Source: Patescibacteria group bacterium (lineage in GTDB: Bacteria > Patescibacteriota > JAHJAL01). From it: a DNA stretch of 60,551 nucleotides. This document shows positions 9,470 through 18,225 of this stretch, piece by piece; position 1 is the stretch's first letter; every line of letters begins with the position of its first letter. The position numbers and the translations under genes are program-made. The notes beneath the pieces are model-generated. The model searched no databases, was not told where the DNA came from, and was given only the letters and a program-made list of their open reading frames with translations. Location of the stretch: NCBI GenBank assembly GCA_041648895.1, contig JBAZOB010000003.1:1-60551 (forward strand), in the 5' to 3' direction.

Positions 9470-10324
9470 TTGACAGTGGGGGCAGTAGTGGGTGCCACGG
9501 CCGGCAATTTTTATTTTTTTAATTTTGGCCTGATGGCAGGAGAGACAGATTTTTCCCTCTCGGCCGTAAACTTTCAGATGTTGGCTATAATTTCCTTTTG
9601 CTCCTTGGGAATCAACATAGTCACTGAAGGTGGTACCGCGATATTTGATGGCATATTTAATAATTTTATTGGCGGATAAAAATAATTTTTTGATTTCGGT
9701 GGCGGTTAGTTTATTGGTTGTTCGTTGGGGTTTAATTTTGGCCTCATGACAAATCTCGTCGGCGTAGATATTGCCAATGCCGGCGATATTTTTTTGGTTC
9801 AAAAGAGTGGTTTTGATGACGGTTTTTTTATTGGCGAGGGCTTTGGTCAGACTGGCCAGGGTAAAATTTTTCGCCAGGGGTTCAATGCCGTATTCATTGA
9901 CTATGGTTTGGAGTTGTCTATGGTTGACCGTATTCAAATATCCAAATTGACGTTGGTCGTTGAAAAATAATTGCGAATGATCAGCAAAGGTAAAAATGAT
10001 ATGTGAATATTGATTGGGTAAGCAAAGGCCTAGTGGGGGATAGTTGTGGCCGCCGGCGACGATGGTTTGGCAGTGCTGATAAATTAATTGTCCGGTCATT
10101 TTCAAATGAATCAGCAGGTATTTTTTATTATCAAGGGCAAATATCAGTAGTTTTCCCACCCGATTAATCTGGGTAATTTTATGGTGGTATAAATCTCGAC
10201 TAAAAGTTTTCAGGCTATTTTTTATTAATTTTTTTTTACCAATCACAATATCCACAATTTTTTTATTGATAATTGCTTTGGCTAAATCACGGCGGATTGT
10301 TTCGACTTCGGGTAGTTCGGGCAT
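9464..10324 (-). CDS. mutM: Formamidopyrimidine-DNA glycosylase
   Basis: N-terminal MPELPEVET catalytic motif, H2TH region, and C-terminal zinc finger CLSC...CPHC. Confidence 0.92.
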   Translation of the reverse strand: MPELPEVETIRRDLAKAIINKKIVDIVIGKKKLIKNSLKTFSRDLYHHKITQINRVGKLLIFALDNKKYLLIHLKMTGQLIYQHCQTIVAGGHNYPPLGLCLPNQYSHIIFTFADHSQLFFNDQRQFGYLNTVNHRQLQTIVNEYGIEPLAKNFTLASLTKALANKKTVIKTTLLNQKNIAGIGNIYADEICHEAKIKPQRTTNKLTATEIKKLFLSANKIIKYAIKYRGTTFSDYVDSQGAKGNYSQHLKVYGREGKICLSCHQAKIKKIKIAGRGTHYCPHCQK

Positions 10325-10329
10325 ATGAA

Positions 10330-11439
10330 TTATATTTCAATCCAACTCAATCGTTTGGAGCTGGGAGTGATATTGACTGGTTGGCCATTTTTGAGATAAA
10401 TGATGTCTTCCAGACGTAGGCCGCCCCAGCCGGGGAAATAGAGTCCGGGCTCGATGGAAAAAACCATGTTGTTGGTTAATTTGGTGGTAATTTTTGGTTT
10501 GAGAGAGGGGGCTTCGTGGATGGCTAAACCAATGCCGTGGCCGGTGCCATGGATAAAGTTCGATTCTAGATGATGTGGCTTGAGTGCTGAACGCACAAAA
10601 TTATCGATTTCGCCGCTAGTGGTGCCAGGCCTAATTTGTTTAATGGTTTTGTTTTGGATTTGCAGTAAGATTTGATAGCGGGTGGTGAATTCAGGGGATG
10701 GTTGTCCTAGGTAAATGGCGCGAGTCATATCACCACAGTATCCCTGGTATTTACACCCCAGATCGATGAGTAAAATATTACCATTTTTTATTTTAGTTTG
10801 ATTACTGTGATGATGCGGAATGGCGGAATTGCTTCCAAAAGCGACGATTGGTTCAAAACTATTGCCATCAGCGTACTGGAGAAAAAAGACACTGATGGCT
10901 CGACTGATTTCTATTTCAGTTATGCCGGGCCGAAGCAGCGAGAGGGCGTGTTTGTATCCCAAGGAGGTAATCTGAGCGGCTTTTTTGAGTAGTTTAATTT
11001 CAGTTTCGTCTTTAATGGTTCTGGCTAGATCGATGATCTCAGAGATGTCGGTAGTTAATTTAGGGTTAATGACTTGGTAAATTTGATTGAGGTCAAAATA
11101 GGAAATGTGTTGATATTCAAGACCGATCTGACCTTTGCCGGCGACGTTTTTGATAATATTGCCGATAGTATGGCCACTCGCGGGGGCGGGAATTTCTATA
11201 AAGGTAAAATCTTTATATTTTTTTAACTCTCTCTTTAGTCGAGAGTCGCCTAGTATATATTGTTGTTTTCGGTGGATAATAAGAAAAACTTCCGGATCGG
11301 ACATTGGTTGGATATTGCCCTCTATCTCTGGTGAAAAACCAGAGTAGTAGTATATGTTTTGTGGGTTGGCAATAAAAGCCAAATCAATTTTATTTTTGGA
11401 TAGGTCTTCTACTAATTGGTTTATTCGTTTTCGGTACAT
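10330..11439 (-). CDS. M24 family Xaa-Pro peptidase
   Basis: HGTGHGIGLAIHEAP and EPGLY metal-binding motifs. An N-terminal creatinase-like domain is present. Confidence 0.85.
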   Translation of the reverse strand: MYRKRINQLVEDLSKNKIDLAFIANPQNIYYYSGFSPEIEGNIQPMSDPEVFLIIHRKQQYILGDSRLKRELKKYKDFTFIEIPAPASGHTIGNIIKNVAGKGQIGLEYQHISYFDLNQIYQVINPKLTTDISEIIDLARTIKDETEIKLLKKAAQITSLGYKHALSLLRPGITEIEISRAISVFFLQYADGNSFEPIVAFGSNSAIPHHHSNQTKIKNGNILLIDLGCKYQGYCGDMTRAIYLGQPSPEFTTRYQILLQIQNKTIKQIRPGTTSGEIDNFVRSALKPHHLESNFIHGTGHGIGLAIHEAPSLKPKITTKLTNNMVFSIEPGLYFPGWGGLRLEDIIYLKNGQPVNITPSSKRLSWIEI

Positions 11440-11490
11440 AATTAATTACGAATTAAGAATTAAGAATATTCTTCTCTTATTTGTAATTAA

Positions 11491-11640
11491 AAAAGTCGGC
11501 CTAAAGTAACTCTCCTCGAACTCGATTTTCTGTATGATGAAGAATGGATCAAGAAGATGAATCAGGCCAAGAAGATACTCGAGGAGGTTTACGAGGAAGG
11601 AAACGTAAAACCGAAGGTCCCTATCCTCAACCTTTACTAA
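11491..11640 (+). other. Start-less 49-codon coding remnant, proposed as the alternative C-terminal extension of the recombinase in the excised circular form
   Basis: Open frame KSRPKVTLLELDFLYDEEWIKKMNQAKKILEEVYEEGNVKPKVPILNLY* with no start codon. It begins with the same in-frame AAA AGT CGG (K S R) that precedes the recombinase stop region at 18111..18119. Confidence 0.45.
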
Positions 11641-11681
11641 TTTATTATAATGGATAGGTAATAATAATTAAATCCAAGCTA

Positions 11682-11861
11682 ATGAGCGATGATATAAAGA
11701 CTGATCAAAATGAGGGGGAAGATAATTTGGGTAATGTATTAAATATAGTCAAAGAATCCGATGACTCTAAACTCGAAGATTATCAAACAAGAGATAGGCG
11801 TGGACGAAAAGTTATTCTGACAGAGCTAGAAGATGACAGCATTATGAATAAAGAGTTTTAA
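11682..11861 (+). CDS. Small acidic hypothetical protein (59 aa), below the ORF-track cutoff
   Basis: ATG 11682 to TAA 11859-11861: MSDDIKTDQNEGEDNLGNVLNIVKESDDSKLEDYQTRDRRGRKVILTELEDDSIMNKEF. No family was recognised. Confidence 0.3.
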   Translation: MSDDIKTDQNEGEDNLGNVLNIVKESDDSKLEDYQTRDRRGRKVILTELEDDSIMNKEF

Positions 11862-11905
11862 TATTAATAACAAGCTAAAAACGCTCGAACTATCACAAGC
11901 TACAC

Positions 11906-12631
11906 CTAAAGATTATTAGTTATATTCATTAATATCAATATGAGTCGAGAGGATAATTCTTTGTTAGCATAGTCAATTTTTCTTCCATGTAAAATATCAT
12001 TTCTAAATTCACCAAACACATCTTCAATTACATCAAATAATACCTTATTATTAGTAAACTCGTTCTCCTTTTTTGAAAGATATTGAATGATATTTCTAAT
12101 AGTTGGTTTTTGTCTTTGGTTTTTCTTTGCACATTCTTTACATAATTTGGTCATACATTCATCACAAATAGCAGTATAACCTTTGATATCTTTAGGAACA
12201 CTAATGTGAATCTCAAAAAATAAGCCATCTATTTGAGTTAATAGTACAGGTATGGATAGAATAAAATTAGTATCAAAGTGAGCTTGAACAGCTTTATTTA
12301 TAATGTGTTTTCTTTTATTTTTTTGTAGTTTCTTATTGAAAAAATTTTTTATTTTGCTCGCACTATATTGTGATTCCAGTAAATTACTGATTTTGATGTC
12401 TAAAATGCCATCATATTGCTCTTCTAACTTATCTAATTCATACCCTAAGCTCACAAGCGGATCAGTAAGATTTTTTATTGCCGTGCTTACCTCCTGTTCT
12501 CTTTTCTCATAATCTTTTAGAGTTTTGGCAAGTTCAGCAAGTTCCTTAGATGGCAAAATGTCATTTAAGTTATCAAAATATGCTTTGTAATTTCTAAAAT
12601 CAATACGATTATTATCCTTTGTTTTTTTCAT
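11906..12631 (-). CDS. HEPN-like (Rx4H) domain protein, candidate RNase/abortive-infection effector
   Basis: The C-terminal helical domain has FGEFRNDILHGRKIDY (R-N-x-x-x-H-G, the HEPN signature). An upstream helix reads AVQAHFDTNFILSIPVLLTQIDGLFFE. The N-terminal half is coiled-coil. It sits directly downstream of a PIN gene. Confidence 0.5.
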   Translation of the reverse strand: MKKTKDNNRIDFRNYKAYFDNLNDILPSKELAELAKTLKDYEKREQEVSTAIKNLTDPLVSLGYELDKLEEQYDGILDIKISNLLESQYSASKIKNFFNKKLQKNKRKHIINKAVQAHFDTNFILSIPVLLTQIDGLFFEIHISVPKDIKGYTAICDECMTKLCKECAKKNQRQKPTIRNIIQYLSKKENEFTNNKVLFDVIEDVFGEFRNDILHGRKIDYANKELSSRLILILMNITNNL

Positions 12632-12640
12632 ATTATTTAA

Positions 12641-13087
12641 TTAGCCGATATTTACTTTTTTTATATATTCCCCAATGTTATAAACTTCGAGATTGAGTTC
12701 TTTTGCTTTTTTATAAAGATGATTATCTTCAGTTATTAATGGAATTTTATCTTTATAAGCAATGCTTAATAATAAGCAATCACCCGCCTTTATATATGGC
12801 AATTTGGCATTAAAATATTTACGAAAAAATTCTTGGTTAATATCCAATGCATTTAGTTTTAATGCATTCTTTTCATTTATCCCTTTGTATTCTGTGCTCC
12901 CATTATGACGTTCTTGTTTTGAGCCGCTAGAAAATTCGAATATCGAAAATAATGTCACTGTAATTGTGATATTATTTTCTATTGCATACTCACCAATTTT
13001 CTTAGCTTTAGAATGCCGACTTCTATTCTTGAAGAATATGTCTAAAAGAACACACGTATCAACGACAATATTCATAGTATTACTCAA
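12641..13087 (-). CDS. PIN-domain nuclease (VapC-like)
   Basis: Acidic residues in PIN order: IVVDTCVLLD, IFEF, AGDCLLL, ITEDNH. There is no obvious small antitoxin gene upstream. The start overlaps the lipoprotein gene stop by 8 nt. Confidence 0.7.
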   Translation of the reverse strand: MSNTMNIVVDTCVLLDIFFKNRSRHSKAKKIGEYAIENNITITVTLFSIFEFSSGSKQERHNGSTEYKGINEKNALKLNALDINQEFFRKYFNAKLPYIKAGDCLLLSIAYKDKIPLITEDNHLYKKAKELNLEVYNIGEYIKKVNIG

Positions 13088-13607
13088 GTTCCCAAATCAC
13101 CTGTGTCGTGTCGACGAACGATAAAGGCTCATAGATGAACTCAAATTGGTTATTTGCCATGTCTGCGGGTACCTCATAGGCAACATATCCTTTTGCCTTT
13201 CTAGTGGGTTGTAGGGTGCCACTATTTAAGCTTGGATCAACGTCTGTAAATGCTGTATCATAACTAGCCCCATCTTTATCAACTAATTTGAAATTTAGCA
13301 TATTGTAGCTTGTTGAATCAGAAGAAACGTTTTCTATTTCTACCATGATAGCAAGATATGTGTGTCCATCTTTAGCTTTCATAAAATCATTACTAGATAC
13401 ATAGTCTTTGACCTCCGTGAGAGCAATCTTTTGTCCGTCAACTTCTACAACATCATTCAATTTATAAATCACAGGCTTTTTAACTTCTTCCTGTTTGTTT
13501 TGATTTTGTTCAGTTGACACCTTTCCAGTATTTACTTCTGTAGAAGGCAAACAACCGGCTAGTAACAAAATTGAAATTAGACTGGCAAATAAAATTGACT
13601 TTTTCAT
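13080..13607 (-). CDS. DUF4352-like lipoprotein
   Basis: Lipobox LLAGC after MKKSILFASLISI. The pattern DGHTYLAIMVEIENVS...KGYVAYEVP is typical of DUF4352. The start was moved to ATG 13607, which has GGAGA upstream. Confidence 0.6.
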   Translation of the reverse strand: MKKSILFASLISILLLAGCLPSTEVNTGKVSTEQNQNKQEEVKKPVIYKLNDVVEVDGQKIALTEVKDYVSSNDFMKAKDGHTYLAIMVEIENVSSDSTSYNMLNFKLVDKDGASYDTAFTDVDPSLNSGTLQPTRKAKGYVAYEVPADMANNQFEFIYEPLSFVDTTQVIWELE

Positions 13608-13624
13608 TTTTTTTCTCCAATAAA

Positions 13625-13906
13625 TTAAATACCATTTTCTTTTAAACATTTATAATACTGATCATTGAAATAATCGTTCATGCAGTCTTCAATTTCCGAA
13701 TCACTTTTTATTTCAGGTTTTTTCCATTCTGTTTGCATATAATCTAGTGGACTATTGTCACATTTAGTGTAACTATTTACTAACTCTTCGGCTCTCTGGC
13801 TACAGAATTTTTTGGTTTGGGATGGTCTGTACGCAAACCAATAGAAGGATAATCCGAAAATTATCAACAAAACCAAAGATAAAAATACTATATTATATTT
13901 CTTCAT
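13625..13906 (-). CDS. Small membrane-anchored hypothetical protein
   Basis: N-terminal TM helix (IVFLSLVLLIIFGLSFYWF) and a Cys-containing ectodomain. The start is likely MKKYN at 13906. Confidence 0.4.
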   Translation of the reverse strand: MKKYNIVFLSLVLLIIFGLSFYWFAYRPSQTKKFCSQRAEELVNSYTKCDNSPLDYMQTEWKKPEIKSDSEIEDCMNDYFNDQYYKCLKENGI

Positions 13907-13914
13907 AATGAATA

Positions 13915-14610
13915 TTAGCCACAAATATTCTCACATGGTACACCATCATTGTCTTGGTCCTTGTCACCACAACCAACATCATTGAGATACCAATATGCTT
14001 CCTGACAACTGATCATTTCATCACATCGCTTATCACAAGTCATGCTGGTAAATTCTTGTTTTGGTACTTTGAAAGCCGGTCCTTCATACGTCCAATTACT
14101 ATCCGTATTTTTTACTTTATTCATCTCATTTTCATCTGCCGTATAGAAATGATGAAGAAATACAGGGCTCCAAAAACGATAAACTGTCTCAGTTTCGACC
14201 GGACCACTATAGCTCAGAGGATATACATAGTATGCAATCCATTCATATTTCCAGTTTGAATCCGTGTCTTTGACTTTTACATATTCGTTATAATCAGAAG
14301 TGTAAAAATGACCATGAAATACATCTGACCAAAAACGATACAAGGGTTCAGTCCCCTCAACCTGGGTTTTATACGCGCTGAAAGCAACTTTCTCGTAGGT
14401 CCAGTTTGAATCGGTATTCTTGACTTTGGTCGCCTCATCAAAATCAATAGTGAAGAAATGACCATGAAATACATCGGACCAATAACGATATACATAATCA
14501 GCCTCTGTAGTCTCCTCCTGCGGTAAATTTGATGTCACCGCATAGGTGATACCACCTCCAACCAGACTAACCAGCAGAAGGGCAAACAGAATTGTTTTTA
14601 GTTTTTTCAT
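13915..14610 (-). CDS. Secreted protein with three DUF5648-type repeats and a C-terminal Excalibur calcium-binding domain
   Basis: Signal peptide. The repeat YRFWS[DP]VF.[GH]HF[YF]T.D..E...VK.TDSNW.YE occurs 3 times. The C-terminal GCGDKDQDNDGVPCE matches the Excalibur DxDxDGxxCE motif. Confidence 0.65.
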   Translation of the reverse strand: MKKLKTILFALLLVSLVGGGITYAVTSNLPQEETTEADYVYRYWSDVFHGHFFTIDFDEATKVKNTDSNWTYEKVAFSAYKTQVEGTEPLYRFWSDVFHGHFYTSDYNEYVKVKDTDSNWKYEWIAYYVYPLSYSGPVETETVYRFWSPVFLHHFYTADENEMNKVKNTDSNWTYEGPAFKVPKQEFTSMTCDKRCDEMISCQEAYWYLNDVGCGDKDQDNDGVPCENICG

Positions 14611-14849
14611 AATTCCTCTTATTAATAAAATTAAATAAAGTATATATTAATCAGATTAAGAATTTATTAAGACTATACAAAAATGGTCCTCCGACCAGAC
14701 GACAATCCCTTTCGAGATTGCCCCAAACTCTTTCGAGTGAGGACCTACGTGAATAAGTGTCGGTCATGAGGACCGTCTTCATTCACGTAGGTTTTAAAAA
14801 CCATACTTCAGTAAATTGAAGGTTAGGTTATTTGTCTAATATAATCGTA

Positions 14850-15302
14850 TTATACTTTGTTCTCGGCGGCAATTTTTGCTTGTCTTTCTTTTTCTTTAGC
14901 TTCAGCTACATGAGGACCAACAAACTGCGATCTTTCCATACCGAAGTGAACTATAATTCTTTCGTCATTAGCCATTTCTGGATTCTCTTTCCATCCGTAT
15001 CTATTCTTAAAATTAAAGCCCCATACCTTGGCATTAAAACCCTTTAACTTGCCCATCATGCCGTTAATACCCGCTTGCTCCCAAAATAATCTACATTGTC
15101 GCTTAGCCTTTGCTATTCTATCGGCCGGAAAATCATTTGGATATTTCTTCATATACGACTCAATTGTCTTATAGCTACAATCAGGAAAACATTCCTTTGA
15201 TAATCCTCCAGCTAGATGAGCACAATATTTTGAACAAAGCCCCTTGCGGGCCTTACTGGTTTTGTATTTAAGGGCGAATTGGTTATTCTGGTTATTAGTC
15301 AT
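14850..15302 (-). CDS. Phage terminase small subunit-like DNA-binding protein
   Basis: The pattern ...LAGGLSKECF...YKTIESYMKKYPNDF...FWEQAGINGMMGKLKGFNAKVWGFNFKNRYGWKE matches my recollection of the HTH plus FN..W.FN.KNR.GW signature of phage TerS proteins. Confidence 0.5.
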   Translation of the reverse strand: MTNNQNNQFALKYKTSKARKGLCSKYCAHLAGGLSKECFPDCSYKTIESYMKKYPNDFPADRIAKAKRQCRLFWEQAGINGMMGKLKGFNAKVWGFNFKNRYGWKENPEMANDERIIVHFGMERSQFVGPHVAEAKEKERQAKIAAENKV

Positions 15303-15309
15303 TTAAGTA

Positions 15310-15798
15310 TCATCTATCACAATGTTGTACTTTTCCTCTGTATACTTCTTTAATCTTGTCTTCGTACTGATTTGGAATAGTATACAAAGGAGAATATTTG
15401 CCAATATTCATGATCGCACCCGTCTGGTCTTTGTTGCTTTCTATGTGACGGTTTACTACATTCTCAACACAGATATACGGCTCATTTTCGAAAAAAATCC
15501 AATCTACTTCGATTTCATTATTAAAGGCATTTTGAATATTTGTCACCGCTTCCTGACGAGCTTCTTCACGACAAAAATCAATATCAAGAATTGCGCAATC
15601 TTTTCCCTCCTCTAATTGTTTCATTAGAGAGCTATAATGCTGACTCATGTTAAATGCGCTATCGTCATTTACAGCACCAGCCTTATAGTCATCAAATACA
15701 GAATAGCCCTGACTTGATAGTTCATTGACTATACTCGTTTTGCCTGAGCCAGGCAGACCTACAATAAACAAAATTTTTCTATCCATTGTTAACTCCAT
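15310..15798 (-). CDS. P-loop NTPase/kinase-like protein
   Basis: Walker A GLPGSGKT near the N-terminus. Small size (162 aa). The start overlaps the stop of the upstream gene. Confidence 0.55.
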   Translation of the reverse strand: MELTMDRKILFIVGLPGSGKTSIVNELSSQGYSVFDDYKAGAVNDDSAFNMSQHYSSLMKQLEEGKDCAILDIDFCREEARQEAVTNIQNAFNNEIEVDWIFFENEPYICVENVVNRHIESNKDQTGAIMNIGKYSPLYTIPNQYEDKIKEVYRGKVQHCDR

Positions 15799-16421
15799 TA
15801 ATTAATAATGAAACTAATATCGAAAAATGATATTACAATTAGTAATAACCCTATAATAAACAACCACGTGCATACGTCTGATACTTTTTGGAAAAAAATA
15901 CTTTCTTTAACTTCCAGAAGTTTTGTTTCAAGTTCTGCAAATTCATAGATCATGTATCTTCTTGTTTCCTCAGTAACTTCGGGCAATATTTTACGCTCTT
16001 TATTTTTTAGTAATAAATCAGTCTCCTTTTTTGATGACATTTTTATAAACTCTAATTTATCGCTAAGGCCATTATTTTCGGCTGAAATAATTTTATTAAG
16101 ATAAACTATACTAAGAATCATCTGGGTTAGCAGTAAAATCATGCCAATAAAAGTGATCTTTCTCATTGCAAAAATATCAGGGTACTGACTTACTAATGGC
16201 ACAATTGGGGCTAGAATTAATAATGAAAGTGTATCTAAATGAATTTGGTATTTTCTAATCCAATCTATATTTTTTATTGATAAATTTCTAACGACTTCAA
16301 TGCTGGTGTTTTTCCTGTTTATTGAATCCTTGACATTGTTAAGATAGTACTGATTAAACTGATTAATTTCTTGTTGTTTTGATCTATCATCTGTGTTTTC
16401 TGGTGAATTATTATTCTCCAT
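15798..16421 (-). CDS. Hypothetical membrane protein (3 predicted TM helices)
   Basis: Hydrophobic segments LSLLILAPIVPLV, ITFIGMILLLTQMILSIVYL and WLFIIGLLLIVISFF. No family was recognised. Confidence 0.4.
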   Translation of the reverse strand: MENNNSPENTDDRSKQQEINQFNQYYLNNVKDSINRKNTSIEVVRNLSIKNIDWIRKYQIHLDTLSLLILAPIVPLVSQYPDIFAMRKITFIGMILLLTQMILSIVYLNKIISAENNGLSDKLEFIKMSSKKETDLLLKNKERKILPEVTEETRRYMIYEFAELETKLLEVKESIFFQKVSDVCTWLFIIGLLLIVISFFDISFIIN

Positions 16422-16463
16422 ATTTTGTTATTAGTATAATTAAATCATAATCTAAAAAATAAA

Positions 16464-18134
16464 ATGCTCGAAAACATAAAAACCAGCGAGGACCTTGCGA
16501 ATCTATACAGAAAGATCAAAGAGATTGAGGAAATCGATATCACCAAGCTCCGTTTCGTCATGTATACCCGCAAATCTACCAAAGATGAAAAGCGACAAGC
16601 CAAATCTATACCCGATCAGATAACAGAATGCAAACAAACTGCTGAACGTCTCAATCTTAACATAACTGCTATTGTTAAGGAAAAAGAATCAGCCAAGGAA
16701 CCAAATATTCGGCCCAAATTTCGTCAAATGCTGAATGATATAAAAGCTGGGAAATATGATGCCGTGTTGGCGTGGCATCCAGATCGTCTCTCTCGCAACA
16801 TGATGGAGGCTGGAGAGATCATAGATATGCTGGATAAAAACCTTATCAAGAGCCTCAAATTTGCTAGTTTTGAATATACCAATGATGCTTCCGGTAAGAT
16901 GCTACTTGGTATAGCCTTTGTACTTTCAAAACAATATACAGACAAATTAAGTAAAGACGTGAGCAGAGGAATAAAACGAGGTATTGAGAGAGGCCAATAC
17001 TTGAACAAAGGAAAACATGGATATTACAAGGATATAAATCAATATTTACGACCGGAAGAGGTCCATTTTAACCTCTTGCAAAAAGCATGGTATTTGAGAG
17101 TAGAAGGCAATTCTCTCGATTATATTGCCAACTATATGAACGAGCACAACTACCAAAGACGATACAAAGGTACTCACAAATTAAAGAAATTCAAATTTGA
17201 TAAAAGACGACTATCTGAGCTATTTCGAGATCCTTTTTATTGCGGGGTATTAGTTTATGGTAAAGATACAGTTTGTAATCTAGGCGAGGTTTTGGATGAC
17301 TTTGTGCCGATGATAGACGTTTCTGTCTTTCTTAAAATAAATAAACTCAAAGGCGAAAAAGAGCTTTTTGCTCTAGCTAGAAAACATCGTGAAGATGTGC
17401 TAGCGGACCTGATGAGAGGAAAAATTATTTGTGGTCATTGCAATGAGCCCTACACTTCAGGAATCACTGTCAAATACAAAAAGGATAAAAAGGGAAAAGT
17501 AATATCCACGGAGCACAGATATTATTATCGTTGCGAAACTGTAAAATGCAAGATGAGAAACGAGTCTATACCACCAAGAACATATTTGGAGTTTGCCCAC
17601 GATCTATTTAGTGACAATTTGACATTAATCGAAAATAAAAAGGCATTTGATATATACGTTAAGCATGCAAAGAAAGCCATTAAATACAAGGTTAGAGAAT
17701 TGACTGATACTAGATATGGCTTATATAAAGAAGAAGCTCTGTTGAAGGAAAAAATTGAAGAAACAAAGAGGATAATCGTTGATCATAGGGATGATAAAAT
17801 TTTAGTTGAAGAATTTACCGAAGATCTAAAGAAACAAAAAGAAGAGCTTAAAACAGTATCAGATACGATCCAAAATATCACTGACGTATTAAAAGATACT
17901 GAAAAACTGATTTATTCCTATCCAGAGTTTCTCGAACTAATTGCGAAAATACCGTCTAGGATTAAAAAGACTAAAAATATGGCCGCACTCGACAAACTAA
18001 TGAAAAATATCTTCTCGAACTTTGTCATTAAAAATCGAAAAGTTGCTTCCTATGAACTAAAAGAACCCTTCAAACAAATTATGAAAGGTGCTCTTGACTC
18101 AAAAGTCCTAAAAAGTCGGGGATACCGGACTTGA
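16464..18134 (+). CDS. Large serine recombinase (integrase)
   Basis: Resolvase-type N-domain (MYTRKSTKDE with catalytic Ser, WHPDRLSRN), recombinase domain, Zn-ribbon CGHC...YYYRCETVKC, and a coiled-coil C-terminus. The last 19 nt overlap tRNA-Pro on the opposite strand. Confidence 0.85.
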   Translation: MLENIKTSEDLANLYRKIKEIEEIDITKLRFVMYTRKSTKDEKRQAKSIPDQITECKQTAERLNLNITAIVKEKESAKEPNIRPKFRQMLNDIKAGKYDAVLAWHPDRLSRNMMEAGEIIDMLDKNLIKSLKFASFEYTNDASGKMLLGIAFVLSKQYTDKLSKDVSRGIKRGIERGQYLNKGKHGYYKDINQYLRPEEVHFNLLQKAWYLRVEGNSLDYIANYMNEHNYQRRYKGTHKLKKFKFDKRRLSELFRDPFYCGVLVYGKDTVCNLGEVLDDFVPMIDVSVFLKINKLKGEKELFALARKHREDVLADLMRGKIICGHCNEPYTSGITVKYKKDKKGKVISTEHRYYYRCETVKCKMRNESIPPRTYLEFAHDLFSDNLTLIENKKAFDIYVKHAKKAIKYKVRELTDTRYGLYKEEALLKEKIEETKRIIVDHRDDKILVEEFTEDLKKQKEELKTVSDTIQNITDVLKDTEKLIYSYPEFLELIAKIPSRIKKTKNMAALDKLMKNIFSNFVIKNRKVASYELKEPFKQIMKGALDSKVLKSRGYRT

Positions 18135-18189
18135 ACCGGTGACCTCATGCACCCCATGCATGCGCGCTAGCCAACTGCGCTAATCCCCG
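18116..18189 (-). tRNA. tRNA-Pro (anticodon GGG)
   Basis: Hand-folded cloverleaf: CGGGGAT/ATCCCCG acceptor, GCGC D-stem, CATGC-ATGGGGT-GCATG anticodon arm, ACCGG-TTCAAGT-CCGGT T-arm. Length 74 nt. Confidence 0.85.
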
Positions 18190-18225
18190 AAAGATTTGAT
18201 CTTTGGTTGGAAACTAATATTAATT

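Larger units (their letters stand above)
11490..18119. mobile_element. Integrated genetic element (~6.6 kb) at the 3' end of tRNA-Pro
   Basis: The 10-bp direct repeat aaaaagtcgg occurs at 11490..11499 and 18110..18119. The interior is visibly AT-richer than the flanks. It holds a large serine recombinase next to the tRNA, a TerS-like gene and defence-like cargo. Minus-strand host genes (tRNA-Pro, pepP-like, mutM) become contiguous if it is removed. Confidence 0.7.

Noticed and set aside
14755-14785. Degenerate tRNA-Pro 3' fragment as a second att site (catgagg...ttca similarity)
   Set aside because: Only about 15 scattered matching positions were found. A much better boundary exists at 11490..11499 (an exact 10-mer plus reading-frame continuity).
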